64,000 nucleotides of DNA from the human T2T-CHM13v2.0 reference genome, Homo sapiens. Below, piece after piece: positions 41,146-55,400 of this stretch (position 1 is its first letter; each line of letters starts with the position of its first letter). The notes below the pieces were generated by a model, which had not been told where the DNA came from, ran no database searches, and worked only from the letters and a program-made list of their open reading frames with translations. Location: the NCBI RefSeq assembly GCF_009914755.1, contig NC_060929.1; one strand, written 5' to 3'. The position numbers were made by a program, and so were the translations under genes.

Positions 41146-43149
41146 CCTGGTCTGCAATATTACCTCCCACAATGTTCAATCTTGTCTCTAATGTTTTAGT
41201 GTTATTACTATGGTACTGTTTTTGTGTTTCCATTGTTTCATATTCTCATCCGGAGTAGAAACTCCCAGAGAGAGGAACCATTGCTTCATTTGATCATTTA
41301 ACAAATGCTTTTGTCTATTATATACCTGACATTACACTAGGACCTAGGAATACAGAGCTAACATGTCAAATTTAACAATAACTAATTGTCTCCATGATAA
41401 AAGATACTGTTTGGCAGGTCTAAATAATTACTAATAAACCCCTAATATTCTCTATTTTAATGTTGACTATTAAAAATCTGCATCAGATATAGCTTTTTAT
41501 AAAGCCAGTTATAGAAATCTTGAAAAAGTGTTTTGGGATATAATTCTGATTTGGAAGATATAAATAAATTCTTTTTAAAAATATCCTGATGAAATACTCA
41601 GAGGTACAGTCAATTTTTATATACCATTTAAGGTATTATGTAAGGTTCAACATAGATGACATGTTTAACAGTACATATTATAGAAATTCACAGACTGAGT
41701 TCAGAAGTGATTAAATAGATATCAATATTTGTGACATAGGCATAGCTTTCTTGTGATTAATAGGTGGGTAGTGGGTTCAATGACTGAAATGTTCAATAAA
41801 AACCACTACTGTTAAATCTAGTAAAACCATGAAGGTGTAATATGGCCTGCTGGGAATTCTGAATGACCTAAGCGCCTCCTCCTTAACTCATTGCCCACAG
41901 GATACTGGGACAGAACAGATGGAGTCGATCTAAGTATTAGGATGCAGTAAGGGCTGTAAATGAGTCCAGACTAGTTGATATTTCTGGGACTGTGAATATG
42001 CCTGGGAATTTCAGTGTATTCTCAATGGCCAAATCATCCATATTTCGTGAATTTTCATTATGTTAAAAAAGTAGTCAGTACATTCAGAGGCGTTAGCGTT
42101 TCTATGCTGTTGCTCTGTCATTAGTGGGCAGCCTATCTAGGGGCGATCTGCCTGTCTAGGACACAACTGTTAATTGATTGTGCCATATGTGTTAGACCAT
42201 AATGTATATATACCTAAATTAGTCAGGGTGTTTGGGAGATGTTTTGCCTGGAGTTATCAGTAAGTACTGGCTTGGCCTGGTGTTGTTTATGCCTTTGTAT
42301 TTTGTTGTTGTTGGGAGAGGTAGCTCAAGAGAGGCCATTTCCTTATTGAAAGTGCATGTCAGGATGGAGGTGAGGGTGAGTGCACTTGCTGGTGTCTACT
42401 AGGGATCCACTTTTGCCACATAAGCAATGTCCCTTACATTGCGCCACTCTGGTCATGTTGAGAAATTGCTCAATTTCTGTGACGAAAAAGGGATCTGCAC
42501 GCTTACAGCCAGTCTCTATCCCAGAATATCTGAAGGTAAAAATGAGAGGTGAGGGCCACCTCAGGGATTAGCTACCATGGAAGTTCTCTCAGGCTGAATT
42601 CACTCTGAGCTGTTGGTGATCTACTGAGTGGGGGGTTCATCTTCACTGTCTTCTTTGTTATTTTCACAGACTCCCAACTTCCTACAACTCCTCCTTTTTC
42701 TGAGTGACTCCTGACTTTTGCGATCACAACTATTCTCTCCTATCTTTGTGCTATTTTGTAGACAGACTGTGAGTGAGCACAGCTAACTTGTGAGCCTAGT
42801 GTAACCTTAGGAATCAAACTTCCTGCCTTTAAGTTCCTGTTTCACTTTTCACTAATGTAGCTTCAGATCTTTCAGAAGTAAAATGAGATGATACGTGCTG
42901 TAAGGACTAATTAAAGTGCATGCAAAGCACTTAGCATTACACATAGAAGAAAGTTAGCTTCCAGTCATTGAAAGAAATTATGGTTTCTTTTTTGTTATTT
43001 AGAAGAAATCTTTAAGGTGATTTGAAAGTATGATTTGGGTACGATTTTCACACAAAAAGGGGAATTCGTGATCATTTCCTGTCCATCATCTAGGTAAAAA
43101 ACACCCTAGAGGTTTACAAAGTACTCTAGGAGGGAATGGAATGTATCAC

Positions 43150-43980
43150 AATGAGAGTGATATTTAGACTGAGTCTTGGGTGATGAACAAGTGTATGTCA
43201 AATTAAAGAGATAGGGCAGGAACATAGAAAAATAATAAATAGTATTAAGAGATAAGGCAGAAACAAAGAAAAATAATAATTAGTATGTGGAGGTAAGAGT
43301 GAATTTTGTTCTGTCTAGGAACTAAATCTTAGAAATGTAGAAATAGATTTATGAATGAAAAAACAAACAGATAGGAAAGATATTGCCCCATCTCAGTTGG
43401 GAGTCAGATAATGGAGGATTTGTCAAGGCAAATCAAGTAGGGCTGAATTTTTCAGAAGGTTGATGGTTGTTAAAAGCAAAGCATAGGTATAATCAGCTTT
43501 GTCTTTGTATCTGCCTTTATGCGAGAATAGATTGTGGGGTCAGGAAGACCATCATAAAAAATCTTGTCATTATTCAGGTGAAAAATTATAGCATCATGAA
43601 CTATAACAGTGGCAAAGTGACTAGAGAAAAATCTATATGTTTAGGAGGTATTAAAAGTTTTAGTGAATGGTATTTCATTATTTGTAAAGATTGAAGAAAA
43701 TAGATGGCTCTCAATTTTGGATGGGTGGATGAGTATGCCATTTAAGATAGAAACATTAAAAGAAGGAAAGGGATAGAAATGGGGTAAAATATTTAGCTTT
43801 GAATATGTTGCATTTGCCAATAGGCAGTCATTTCTATGTGTCTTGAAGTGAGGAGACTGGTCTGCACTGAACGATCAGATTATAAAGATATAGGTATAAA
43901 GAGGCCACCACTAAAACCATACAAATGGAAGAGATTGCCCATAGAGAATATATAGCATGAGAAGAGGTGAAAGAGAGTAG
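43150..43980 (-). mobile_element. L2 fragment
   Basis: Purine-rich antisense L2 phrases (ttagctttgaatatgttgcatttg; atggaagagattgcccatagaga). Confidence 0.55.
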
Positions 43981-44457
43981 CTTACCTGGATTTAGTGCCC
44001 AGCAGTGAACCCTGTATGTGGTTGATATTCATCAAGTCCAAAAATAAACTTTGATAAAAAATGAATAAATCTGTTCGATTTTAGGGGTCTTCTCAGAGCA
44101 AGATGGAGTTTTGTATATTAAAATGTTTAGTTTGGTGTCAGCGTCTGATCTGATTTGGTCTATCTCTGCAATGTAGAAATTGGCTCATGATGGCCTGTCT
44201 CCTTGCGATGGCTTTAAGGGAAGGGCACTGTGACACTTTCCTTGTAAATTGGGCCACAAGATTCCAACAACAGATACCACTAGAAGTTGTCATTCAGAGA
44301 AAAAAATGACCTGTTAAAAATATAGATTTACCTTGGAGATGTTGCAGGTTTGACTTCAAATCACCACAATAAAGTGAGTCACACAAATTTTCTGGTTTTC
44401 TAGTGCATATAAAAGTTATGTGTACACTACTTTTACTTAATAGACTATCCTGTGGTC

Positions 44458-44803
44458 TGGGGGTCCCCAACCCCTAGGCCTCGGACTGGTACCAGTCAGT
44501 GGCCTGTTAGGAACTGGGCTGCACATCAGGAGGTGAGCAGCAGACAAGCAAGCATTACCATCTGGGCTCTGCCTCCTGTCAGATCAGTAATGGCATTGGA
44601 TTCTCATAGGAGCATAAACCTATTGTGAACTGTGCATTCGAGGGATCTAGGTTGTGCACTCCTTATGATAATCTAATGCCTCATATTCTGAGGTGAAACA
44701 GTTTCATCACCACCCTACCATCCACCACTCCCCACCCCTGTCCATGAAAAAAACTGTCTTCCCTGAAACTAGTCCCTGATGCCAAAAAGGTTAGAGACCA
44801 CTG
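44458..44803 (+). mobile_element. MER1B (hAT-Charlie) nested in Tigger1
   Basis: ggggtccccaacccc...gcattggattctcataggagc...gccaaaaaggttagagaccactg. 8-bp TSD ctgtggtc / ctgtagtc. Confidence 0.9.
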
Positions 44804-45774
44804 CTGTAGTCTATTACGTGTGAAATAGCATTATGTCTTTAAAAATGTGTATACCTTAATTTAAAAATACTGTGCTGAAAATGCTAATGATTATCTGAGC
44901 CTTCTGTGAGTCCTAATTTTTTACTTGGTGTGGGGGCCAGGGGAGGTCTTTACTCTGTGTTAATGACTTCTGATTCATCAGGGTGGTGGGTCCTGAAGGT
45001 TGGTTGTGGCTGTGGCAATTTCTTAAAATAAGGTAACAATAAATTTTGCCACATTTGACTCTTCCTTTCATGAACTATTTCTCATTAGCATGTGATGTAG
45101 CTTGGTAGCATTTTACCCAACAGTAGAACTTCTAAATTTAAAATTCAGAGTCAATCCTCTCTAAACCTGCCACTGCTTTATTGGCTAAATTTAAATAATA
45201 ATCCAAATCCTTTGTTGTCATTTCAACAATGTTCCCAGTATCTTCACCGGGAGTAGACTGCATATTTGCTTTCTTTGCTCATCCATAAGAAGCAACTTCT
45301 CTTCTGTTAAAATATTATCAGGAGATTGTAGCAATTCAGTCACATCTTCAGGCCCCACTTTTAATTCTATTTCTTTTGCTATTTTCACCACATTTGCACT
45401 TACTTCCTCCATTCAAGTCTTGAACCCCTCAAAATCATTCATGAAAGTTTAAATCAACTTCTTTCAAACCCCTGTTAATGCTGATAATTTGACCTCCTAT
45501 GAATCATGAATGTTCTTAATGACATCTAGAATGGTGAATCCTTTCCAGAAAGTTTTCAATTTGCTTTGCCCAAAGCCATCAGAGGAATCACTGTCTATGG
45601 AAGTTATAGGTTTACAAAATGTATTTCTTAACTAATAAAACTTGAAAGTCAAAATTACTGTTTGATTCACAGACTGTGGAATAGCTGTTGTGTTAGCAGC
45701 ATAAAAACATTAATCTTGTACATCTCCATCAGAGCTCTTTGGTGACAAGACGAATTGTTAATGAGCAGTAATAT

Positions 45775-46053
45775 GTATGACTTTTGAGACAAGGTCTTGT
45801 TCTGCTGCCCAGGTTGGAATACAATGACAAGATCACAACTCACTGCAGCCTCAAACTCCTGAGCTCAACCCATCGTCCTGTCTCATCCTGCCAAGTAGTT
45901 GGGACTACAGGCATGTGTCACTATGCCTGGCTAATTTTTAAAATTTTTCTTCTAGGGAAGGAGTCTCATTATGTTGCTCAGGCTGATCTTGAACTCCTTG
46001 GCTCAAATGATCCTCCCATGTCAGCCTCCTAAAATGCTATGATTATAGGTGTC
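45775..46053 (-). mobile_element. AluJ nested in Tigger1
   Basis: gcagcctcaaactcctgagctcaa and gaactccttggctcaaatgatcctccc (J-type). TSD agcagtaatat at 45764-45774 and 46054-46064. Confidence 0.9.
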
Positions 46054-46348
46054 AGCAGTAATATTTTGAAAGAATTTTTCACCCCTGAGCAGTAGTTCTC
46101 AATAGTGGGCTAAAAAATACTAGGAATCAAATCCAGCAGCATATCAAAAAGCTTATCCAACATGATCAAGTTGGCTTCATCCCAGGGATGCAAGGCTGGT
46201 TCCACATACACAAATCAATAAACGTAATCCATCACATAAACATAACCAATGACAAAAACCACATGATTATCTCCATAGTTGCAGAAAAGGCCTTCAACAA
46301 AATTCAACACCCCTTCATGCTAAAAACTCTCAATAAACTAGGTATTGA

Positions 46349-46726
<378 letters not shown>

Positions 46727-47410
46727 TGAACTCCCATTCACAATTACTACAAAGAGAATAAAATACCTAGGAATCCAACTTACAAGGGATGTGAAGGACC
46801 TCTTCGAGGAGAACTACAAAGCACTGCTCAAGGAAATAAGAGAGGGCACAAACAAATGGAAAAACATTCCAGGCTCATGGATAGGAAGAATCAATATCGT
46901 GAAAATGGCCATACTGCCCAAAGTAATTTATAGATTCAATGGTATCCCTATCAAGATACCATTGACTTTCTTCACAGAATTAGAAAAAACTTCTTTAAAT
47001 TTCATATGGAACCAAAAAAGAGCCTGCATTGCCAAGACAATCCTAAGCCAAAAGAACAAAGCTGGATGCATCACACCACCTGACTTCAAACTATGCTACA
47101 AGGCTACAGTAACCAAAAGAGGATGGTACTGGTACCAAAACAGATATATAGACCAATGTAACGGAACAGAGGCTTCAGAAATAACACCACACGTCTGCAA
47201 CCATCTGATCTTTGACAAACCTGGCAAAAACAAGAAATGGGGAAAGGATTCCCTGTTTAAAAAATGGAGTTGGGAAAACTGGCTAGCCATATGCAGAAAA
47301 CTGAAACTGGACCCCTTCCTTACACCTTATGTAAAAATTAACTCAAGATGGATTACAGACTTAAACATAAGACCTAAAACCATAAAATCCCTAGAAGAAA
47401 ACCTAGGCAA

Positions 47411-48766
47411 CCAACCTACCTTCCTTCCTTCCTTCCCCTTCCTTCCTTCCTTCCTCTTCCTTCCTTCCTTCCTTCCTTCCTTCCTTCCTTCCTTCCTTCC
47501 TTCCTTCCTTCCGACGGTCTCCCTCTGTTGCTGAGGCTGGACAGTACTGCTGTGATCTTGGCTCGCTGCAACCTCCCTGCCTCGGGCTCCCATGATTCTC
47601 CTGCCTCTGCCTGCCGAGTGCCTGGGATTGCAGGCACGCGCCGCCATGCCTGACTGGTTTTTGTATTTTTGGTGGAGACGGGATTTCGCTGTGTTGGCCG
47701 GGCTGGTCTCCAGCTCCTGACCTGGAGTGATCTGCCTGCCTCGGCCTCCCAAGGTGCCAGGATTGCAGACAGAGTCTCGCTCACTTAGTGCTCAATGTTG
47801 CCCAGGCTGGAGTGCAGTGGCATGATCTCAGCTCGCTACAACCTCTACCTCCCAGCCGCCTGCCTTGGCCTCCCAAAGTGCTAAGATTATAGCCTCTGCC
47901 CGGCCGCCACCCTGTCTAGGAAGTGAGGAGCGTCTCTGCCTGGCTGCCCATCGTCTGGGATGTGAGGAGCCCCTCTGCCCGGCTGCCCCATCTGGGAAGT
48001 GAGGAGCACCTCTGCCCGGCCGCCACCCCATCTGGGAACTGAGGAGCGCCTCTGCCCGGCCGCTCCGTCTGAGAAGTGAGGAGCACCTCTGCCTGGCAGC
48101 CGCCCCATCTGGGAAGTGAGGAGCGCCTCTGCCCGGCCGCTCCGTCTGGGAGGTGAGGAGCGCCTCTGCCTGGCCGCTGTGCAATCTTCCAAGTGTGAAG
48201 TGACAGCCTTTCTGCAGGTGTACCCAACAGCTCCGAAGAGACAGCAACCATCGAGAACGGGCCATGATGACGATGGCGGTTTTGTCGAAAAGAAAAGAGG
48301 GAAGCGTGGGGAAAAGAAAGAGAGATCAGATTGTTACTGTGTCTGTGTAGAAAGAAGTAGACATAGGAGACTCCCTTTTGTTCTGTACTAAGAAAAATTC
48401 TTCTGCCTTGGGATGCTGTTAATCTATAACCTTACCCCCAACCCCATGCTCTCTGAAACATGTGCTGTGTCAACTCAGGGTTAAATGGATTAAGGGCGGT
48501 GCAAGATGTGCTTTGTTAAACAGATGCTTGAAGGCAGCATGCTCGTTAAGAGTCATCACCACTCCCTAATCTCAAGTACCCAGGGACACAAACACTGTGG
48601 AAGGCTGCAGGGACCTCTGCCTAGGAAAACCAGAGACCTTTGTTCATGTGTTTATCTGCTGACCTTCTCTCCACTATTATCCTATGAGCCTGCCACATCC
48701 CCCTCCTCTCCGAGAAACACCCAAGAATGATCAATAAATACTAAAAAAAAGAAAAAAAAGAAAAAA
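47411..48766 (+). mobile_element. SVA_A-like retrotransposon
   Basis: Antisense Alu-like domain (~47513-47890), short GC-rich VNTR of gtgaggagcgcctctgcccggccgcc units (~47892-48177), SINE-R starting gtgcaatcttccaagtgtgaagtgacagcc, aataaa at 48733 and poly(A). Perfect 16-bp TSD aagaaaacctaggcaa at 47395-47410 and 48767-48782. Confidence 0.95.
47419..47512 (+). repeat. (CCTT)n microsatellite at the SVA 5' end
   Basis: About 94 bp of near-pure ccttccttcctt. Confidence 0.95.
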
Positions 48767-49891
48767 AAGAAAACCTAGGCAATACCATTCATGACATAGA
48801 CATGGCCAAAGACATCATGATTAAAACACCATAAGCAATGGTAACAAAAGCCAAAATTGACAAATGGGATCTAATTAAACTAAAGAGCTTCTGCACAACA
48901 AAAGAAATTATCATCAGAGTGAACAGGCAACTTACAGAATGGGAGAAAATTTTTGCAATCTATCCATCTGACAAAGGGCTAATAACCAGAATCTACAAGG
49001 AACTTAAACAAATTTACAAGAAAAAAACAACCCCATCAAAAAGTGGGTGAAGGATATGAACAGACACTTCTCAAAAGAAGACGTTTATGTGGCCAACAAA
49101 CATATGAAAAAGGCTCATCATCACTGGTCATTAGAGAAATGCAAATTAAAGCCACAATGAGATACCTTCTGATGCCAGTTAGAATGGCGATCATGAAAAA
49201 GTCAGGAAACAACAGATGCTGGAGAGGATGTGGAGAAATAGGAACACTTTTACACTGTTGGTGGGAGTGTAAATTAGTTCAACCATTGTGGAAGTCAGTG
49301 TGGTGATTCCTCAAGGATCTAGAACCAGAAATACCATTTGACCCAGCAATGCCATTACTGGGTATATACCCAAAGGATTATAAATCATTCTGCTATAAAG
49401 ACACATGCACATGTATGTTTACTGTGGCACTGTTCACAATAGCAAAGACTTGGAACCAACTCAAATGCCCATTAATGATAGAGTGGATAAAGAAAATATG
49501 CCACATGTACACCATGGAGTACTATGCAGCCGTAAAAAAAGGATGTGTTCATGTCCTTTGCAGGGAGATGGATGAAGCTGGAAACCATCATTCTCAGGAA
49601 ACACAAGAATAGAAAACCAAACACTCCATGTTCTCACTCATAAGTGGGAGTTTAACAATGAGAACCCATGGACACAGGGAGGTGAACATCACACACCAGG
49701 GCCACTTGGAGGGTTGGGGCCTCAGGGAGGGATAGCATTAGGAGAAATACCTAATGTAGATGACAGGTTGATGGGTGCAGCAAACCACCATGGCACGTGT
49801 ATATCTATATAACAAACCTACACGTTCTGCACATGTATCCCAGAAGTTAAAGTATAATTTAAAAAAAATTAAAAAAAATATTTAGCAAACT

Positions 49892-50180
49892 GGCTGGGCA
49901 CAGTGGCTCATACCTGTAATCCCAGCACTTTGGAAGAAGGTCGAGGCCAGCAGATTGCTGGAGCCCAGGAGTTCGAGCCTGGGCAAAACGGTAAAACCTC
50001 ATCTCTACAAAAAAATACAAAAATTAGCTGAGTATGGTGATATGTGCCTGTAGTCTGAGCTACTCTGAAGGCTGAGGTAGGAGGATTACAGAGGTAGCAG
50101 TGAGCCAAGATCACACCACTACACTCTAGCCTGGGCAACAGAGCAAGACCTAGTTTCAAAAAAATAAAGAAAGAAAGAAA
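49892..50180 (+). mobile_element. AluJ (Jb-like) nested in Tigger1
   Basis: gattgctggagcccaggagttcgag, small internal deletions, (GAAA)n tail; Tigger1 sequence resumes at ttagtgaaccatgctgtaaacag. Confidence 0.88.
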
Positions 50181-53100
50181 TTAGTGAACCATGCTGTAAA
50201 CAGATGTGCTGTAAGCAGATGTTCTGGCAACCAGACTTTGGTGCTCCATTTATAGAGCACAGGCAGAGTAGATGTAGCATCATTCTCAAGGGCCATAGGA
50301 TTTTTAGAATGGTAAATGAGCACTGGCTTCAACTTTAAGTTACCAGCTGCATTTGATCCTAACAAGAAAGCCTGTTTTTTCAAACTTTGAAGCCAGGCAT
50401 TGATTTCTCCTCTCTAACGATTAAAGTCCTGGATAGCACTTCTATCAATAGAATACTATTATATCTACACTGTAAAGCTGTTGTTTAGTATAGCTACCTT
50501 CATCAATTATTTTAGTAAGAGCTTCTGGATAACTTGCTGCAGCTTGTGTATCTGTACTTGTTACTTCATCTTGCACTTGTGTATTATAGAGATGGCTCTT
50601 TTCCTAAACCAACCTCTGCTATCTTCCATCTTTCCTTTGGCAGCTTCCTCACCTCTTTTATAGAGTTGAAAAGAGTTAGGGCCTTGTGTTGGATTAGGCT
50701 TTGACTTAAGGGAATGTTGTGGCTGGTTTGATCTTCTGTCCAGACCACACACACTTTCTCCCTATACTCAATAAAGCTGTTTTGCTTTCTTATCATTTAT
50801 GTGTTCACTGAAGTAGCACTTTTAATTTCCTTCAGTAAATTTTCCTTTGCATTCATAACTTGGCTAATTGTTTGGTGCGTGAGACCTAGCTTTCAGCTTA
50901 TCTTGGCTTTTGACATGCCTTCCTCATGCAGTTTAATCATTTGTAGCTTTTGATTTAGAGTGAAACACCTGAAACTCTTCTTTTCACTTCCACACTCAGA
51001 AGTCATTGTAGGGTTATTAACTGGCCTAATTTCAATATTGTTGTGGATCAGGGAATAGTGAAGCCAGAGTAGAGGAACAAAAGCTGGGGAACAACCGGTA
51101 AGTGGAGCAGTAAGAATATATACCACATCACAACATTTATCAACTAAGCTTGCTCTCTTACATGGTGCAGTTTTTGGTGCCTCAAAACAATTAGAATAGT
51201 TACATCAATGATCACTGATTACAAATCACCATAACAAATATAATGATAAGTTTGAAATATTGCAAGAATTGCCAAAATTTGATATAGAAACATGAAGTGA
51301 GTATATATTATTGGAAAAATGGTGCCCACAGGTTTATTCCATACAGGGTTGTCACCCACCTTCAGTTTGAAAAATAATTCAGTATCTCACAATGCAATAA
51401 AATGGAGTGGAACAAAATCAGATATACCTGTAATAAGCTTATAATTGACTTATTATAAACCTTTATAGGAGCTTAAGGAATACATGGATGCATGAGAAAA
51501 TTTTTTTTTTTTTGAATACGGAATTGGTATGGAAAAAAAGTAGAGAGAAGAAATAATTCAAAAATTCATGAAAAGAGAAGAAAATTAAATGATGTGAGAC
51601 AGAGACGAAAAGGTAAATAGGTCCCTTAGACCTGAAATAAATATTAATGATTGCATTTGAGGCTATTCGTCTTCTAGTTTTATTGATACCATTATCATAA
51701 CAACAAATCTTTCTTTAGTTCAAATCCAGTGCTTTATTATACATTAATTTTAATCACAATTTGTATTTCCTACAGATTAAAGTATTTTAAAATATTAGAA
51801 ATTAATTCATTTTAAAATGCTGTCAGGTTTTATATGTCATTCCAGGAAATATGTGGCCTCTTGGTTACCCCACCAGGGATAATCACACCCTTCCTATATG
51901 AGTGTTTGTTTTCTGACTTGACTCCATGCAGCAGAAGACCTTCTGCAAGGAACAGTCTAACCCTAAAGCATGGATAAGCAGTGTGTTCTAAGACATGTTG
52001 CCCACTGAAGGTAGGTTTTTCTCACTAAAATGACCTACTCAGGATCTCTCAGACTCTCAGGTGCTCTGAAGTATAGTTTTGAAATAGTAGGTGACATGCT
52101 GCTGCTCATTGTGTTTTCACACAATGCAGCCCTCGATCATGTTGTCACCTCACACTAACAGACTCAGATGGAGAGTACAATGACTTTTGCTGTGTTCTCA
52201 GAAATGAACAAAGACAATCACTCTGGGAGAGTCAGATCTTGAATTTTCTAACCTGATTGAGCAATATTTCACCCGGCTGCAAAGCTACCACATGCTACAC
52301 ACTTTCCAACTGCCTTTAGACTTGCTAAACGCATTTATAGAGTAGATCGAGCAGTAGAAAAAATATGGTAGATGAAACGAAGTCTTTTTTACACTGACCT
52401 TTTATTATTGTGTTATAAAAAACCCAGTCTCAAAATAGATTGAGGTAGATTTATCTTTTAATGAAAATCGCCAGGAGGTTTGAAGTCAAATATTCTTATC
52501 TTATTCTCATGCTCCAGTGCAGGACTCCTGTGCAGAGCTGACCTTGCAGTGCCATCCTAGAGGGAGCTATAATGATTACTGTGGACTGACTTCCTTCATT
52601 TCAAAAGGGACACTTAAAAGAGACAATGAAGTCAGCATGCCTCCTTTAAGGTTCCATTGTCCAAGGTTGTGCCTGTCAGCTTTTCCGGAGAGGAAAGGAC
52701 AGAAAAGTTCGGGGAGATTGGCTGCAGCAGAAAAGAGCAAGCTCTCAGGACATTATTAGAAAGGTGAACTTAACTGCTCCAGGGGCCACCTGTAGCACTG
52801 AGGTGGTGGCTTCAGTGGTTATGTTAACTGAAGGTGAGAGGTTGGGCTGGTCTGTCTGTATCTGAGACCTCAGACCACATTCCAGCTGCCAGGACACTGA
52901 ACAGAACCCTGATGCCGCAGCTGCCAGGGCTCAGTACTACAGAGCACTGCAAATGCTTCTTCCTGCTGTCACTGCAGCCTCGCCACACCTGAAATGGGCT
53001 CTCAGAAACCTATTTAGTATGAGAATAATTTTACCAATTGCTTCTTGTCTTTGTTTTTCTTTTTACAGAAACCAGTGGGGAAATAATAATTTTGTGCTTC

Positions 53101-54919
53101 TTTTTGTTTTTGGTTCTTTCCTACAGAAATTTCAAAGGTCATAACAGAAAAGAGGGTGGAGTTAGTGTTGGGAGGAATGAACATCGAGATAAGAAAGAAA
53201 AGTAGACAAGGGAATAGTATTTAAGAAAAGATTGTTGTCAGTCAGCATTTCCACAAATATCTGTAAAAAGATCACACAAGGGAAATACAATAATGAGAAT
53301 TTAATGTCAAAATAATTGTAATTTTATGCCTAAATGAGTCAACATGACAGAAGATTCTCTTAATCTTAATTAGAAATAGGTGGGGGCATTTCAGTTTTTT
53401 CCCACAAGCTGCATAGCTCCTGGCATAATCACTTTCCAAAACAATAGATAATAGAAAGACATGACTGCCGCATCATATGTTGTGGAGAACATAAACAGCA
53501 TTGTGCTGATTTCTTAACTCCCTGAACTGGAGCAGCATCTCAATCTAGCTGGTAGTAATTAAAATTTCATCTATTGGAATGGAAGGTTTTACTTTTTACG
53601 TGTGTCATTGTATAATCACCTTACTGTGAATGAATTCCATGTGCAAATGGAAAAGTAAGCTTAAAGAACTGTTTTGTGTAAGTGCTTTTTATCCATACTC
53701 TTAAGTAAAAGTCTTAATGAAATTGTATGCTGCTTAGCTTTTTAAAGATTTTTGTAAATTGGTGAAACAAATATATCTGCAATATAGATATGCTTATCTA
53801 GGACTGACTTATTATGCTGAAATCTACCCCCTATCTCTTCTGCTGCCTTACTTCTTTTAATGACTTACATAACCACTTAGAATCCAGCCAGGGATGCCTG
53901 AATACGCTTGATTAAATTTTAACTGTTCTTCACTCACCAGAAACTTTGTCAGACTCTCCCTCAAAACCTACTGGAGCCTCCCTGAAAATGAATCCTGTCT
54001 GAACAAAAAGTTTCTCAGAAAACATTAAAAATAAATTTTCATTTGTCTTTCTTACCTTTTATTTTTCCTTACTCCACGACACCACTCTAACTTAAATTCA
54101 GTTGTGCCATGGAGATTATGTTCATAACTGGACCTGATTGAAAATGTTTACATGTATCCATGTTACTTGAAAACACAGGGAGAGCTTTCATAGTAAAAAC
54201 TTAAGAACCATAATAATATAATTAAAGTTAGAAAAGAAACCAGCCAAAACCATCAGTGTGGACACTGGCTTGTATACATGTGTAAGCTGTGAAACGCAGC
54301 ACACTTTCTGCCAATCTGAGAAGCATACTTCTCTTCTATCCTTTAGTAGAACACCTGGTAAAAAAGTTAGAAGATTTCTATGTCGAAAAGGTCTTTAGAG
54401 AAGCATATCTGACATTATGAAAAAAGAGAAAATAGGCTGCGCTAAGATAACCAAAATTTATTTTGCCTTATTTGTGTGGTAAAGTTCTGGAACCTAAGAC
54501 CAGAAATTCTGTATTTGCTATTTATTGTTTTGTTTGATAAGGTGACTCATGATAAGTCAAACTGACTAGTTGGTACCATGAGGCCATTATAACCCTACAT
54601 TAAAAGAATGAACAAGTGAATAAATTAATGATTCTTTGAATTTAATTTATGGTTGTGATCACAGTGTCAGAAATTTTTGAAAATACCAAGGGTGAGTCCA
54701 ACATTTTTTAATTGAAAGCCTTAGATACATTTGGAATGAATGTTACCCTGAATTTCAATGTATAAAATTAGTAAGTTTAGTCATGGAGAATGGGCTTGTT
54801 GAATTAGATATGTTTTCCACTTTAATCCCTTTATCAACTTTCAAAATTATGGACTTGAATATCGTGGTTGTCCTGAGTCTTAAAATGTTTTGAAAATTTT
54901 TCTTTCTCTCAAAAACTAG

Positions 54920-55400
54920 TTTTTGAGCACCTATTATATATCAGATAATGCTTAAAATGCCAAGGATAATGCAGAGACTAAGATCAAGACTTCCTGCCTT
55001 CTCAAAACTAACATTCTAGTAAAGGAAAATAGCCAATGAATAAGAAGTAAGTAATGTATAGATATCCAATAGTGATGAGTGTTAGGGGAAAAAATAAAGC
55101 AAGAAAGGGAGGTGTGTTTAACTTTAATATAATGTAGCTAGGAAAGCCCACTGAGAATGTGAAGTATGAGGGAGGAAGATGAAGAAGAAGTGAGCCCTGA
55201 GATATCCACGAGTAGAAGGAATACTGAGGAGAGAGTGCATCAGGACAAAGGCTCTGAGGCAGAACCGTGACTGACATGTCAGAACAGCAGGGAAACCAGT
55301 GGACTGGAGGGGAAGGAGAAGAGCAGCATGTGAGTGAGTCAGAGTGCTGCAAATTCTGTTGGACCAATCTAGGACTGAATTTATGTCTGGGTGAGGTGAG
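54920..55400 (-). mobile_element. L2 (L2a-like) fragment
   Basis: tttgagcacctattatatatcag...cctgccttctcaaaactaacattctagt...ggaaagcccactgagaatgtga. Confidence 0.75.

Noticed and set aside
47892-48177. Regularly spaced direct repeats superficially like a CRISPR array
   Set aside because: SVA VNTR: tandem units without unique spacers, eukaryotic context, no cas genes.
47327-48391. Several 90-145 aa ORFs with RPGRGAPH or GRKE repeats
   Set aside because: Artefacts of the GC-rich SVA VNTR and the microsatellite.
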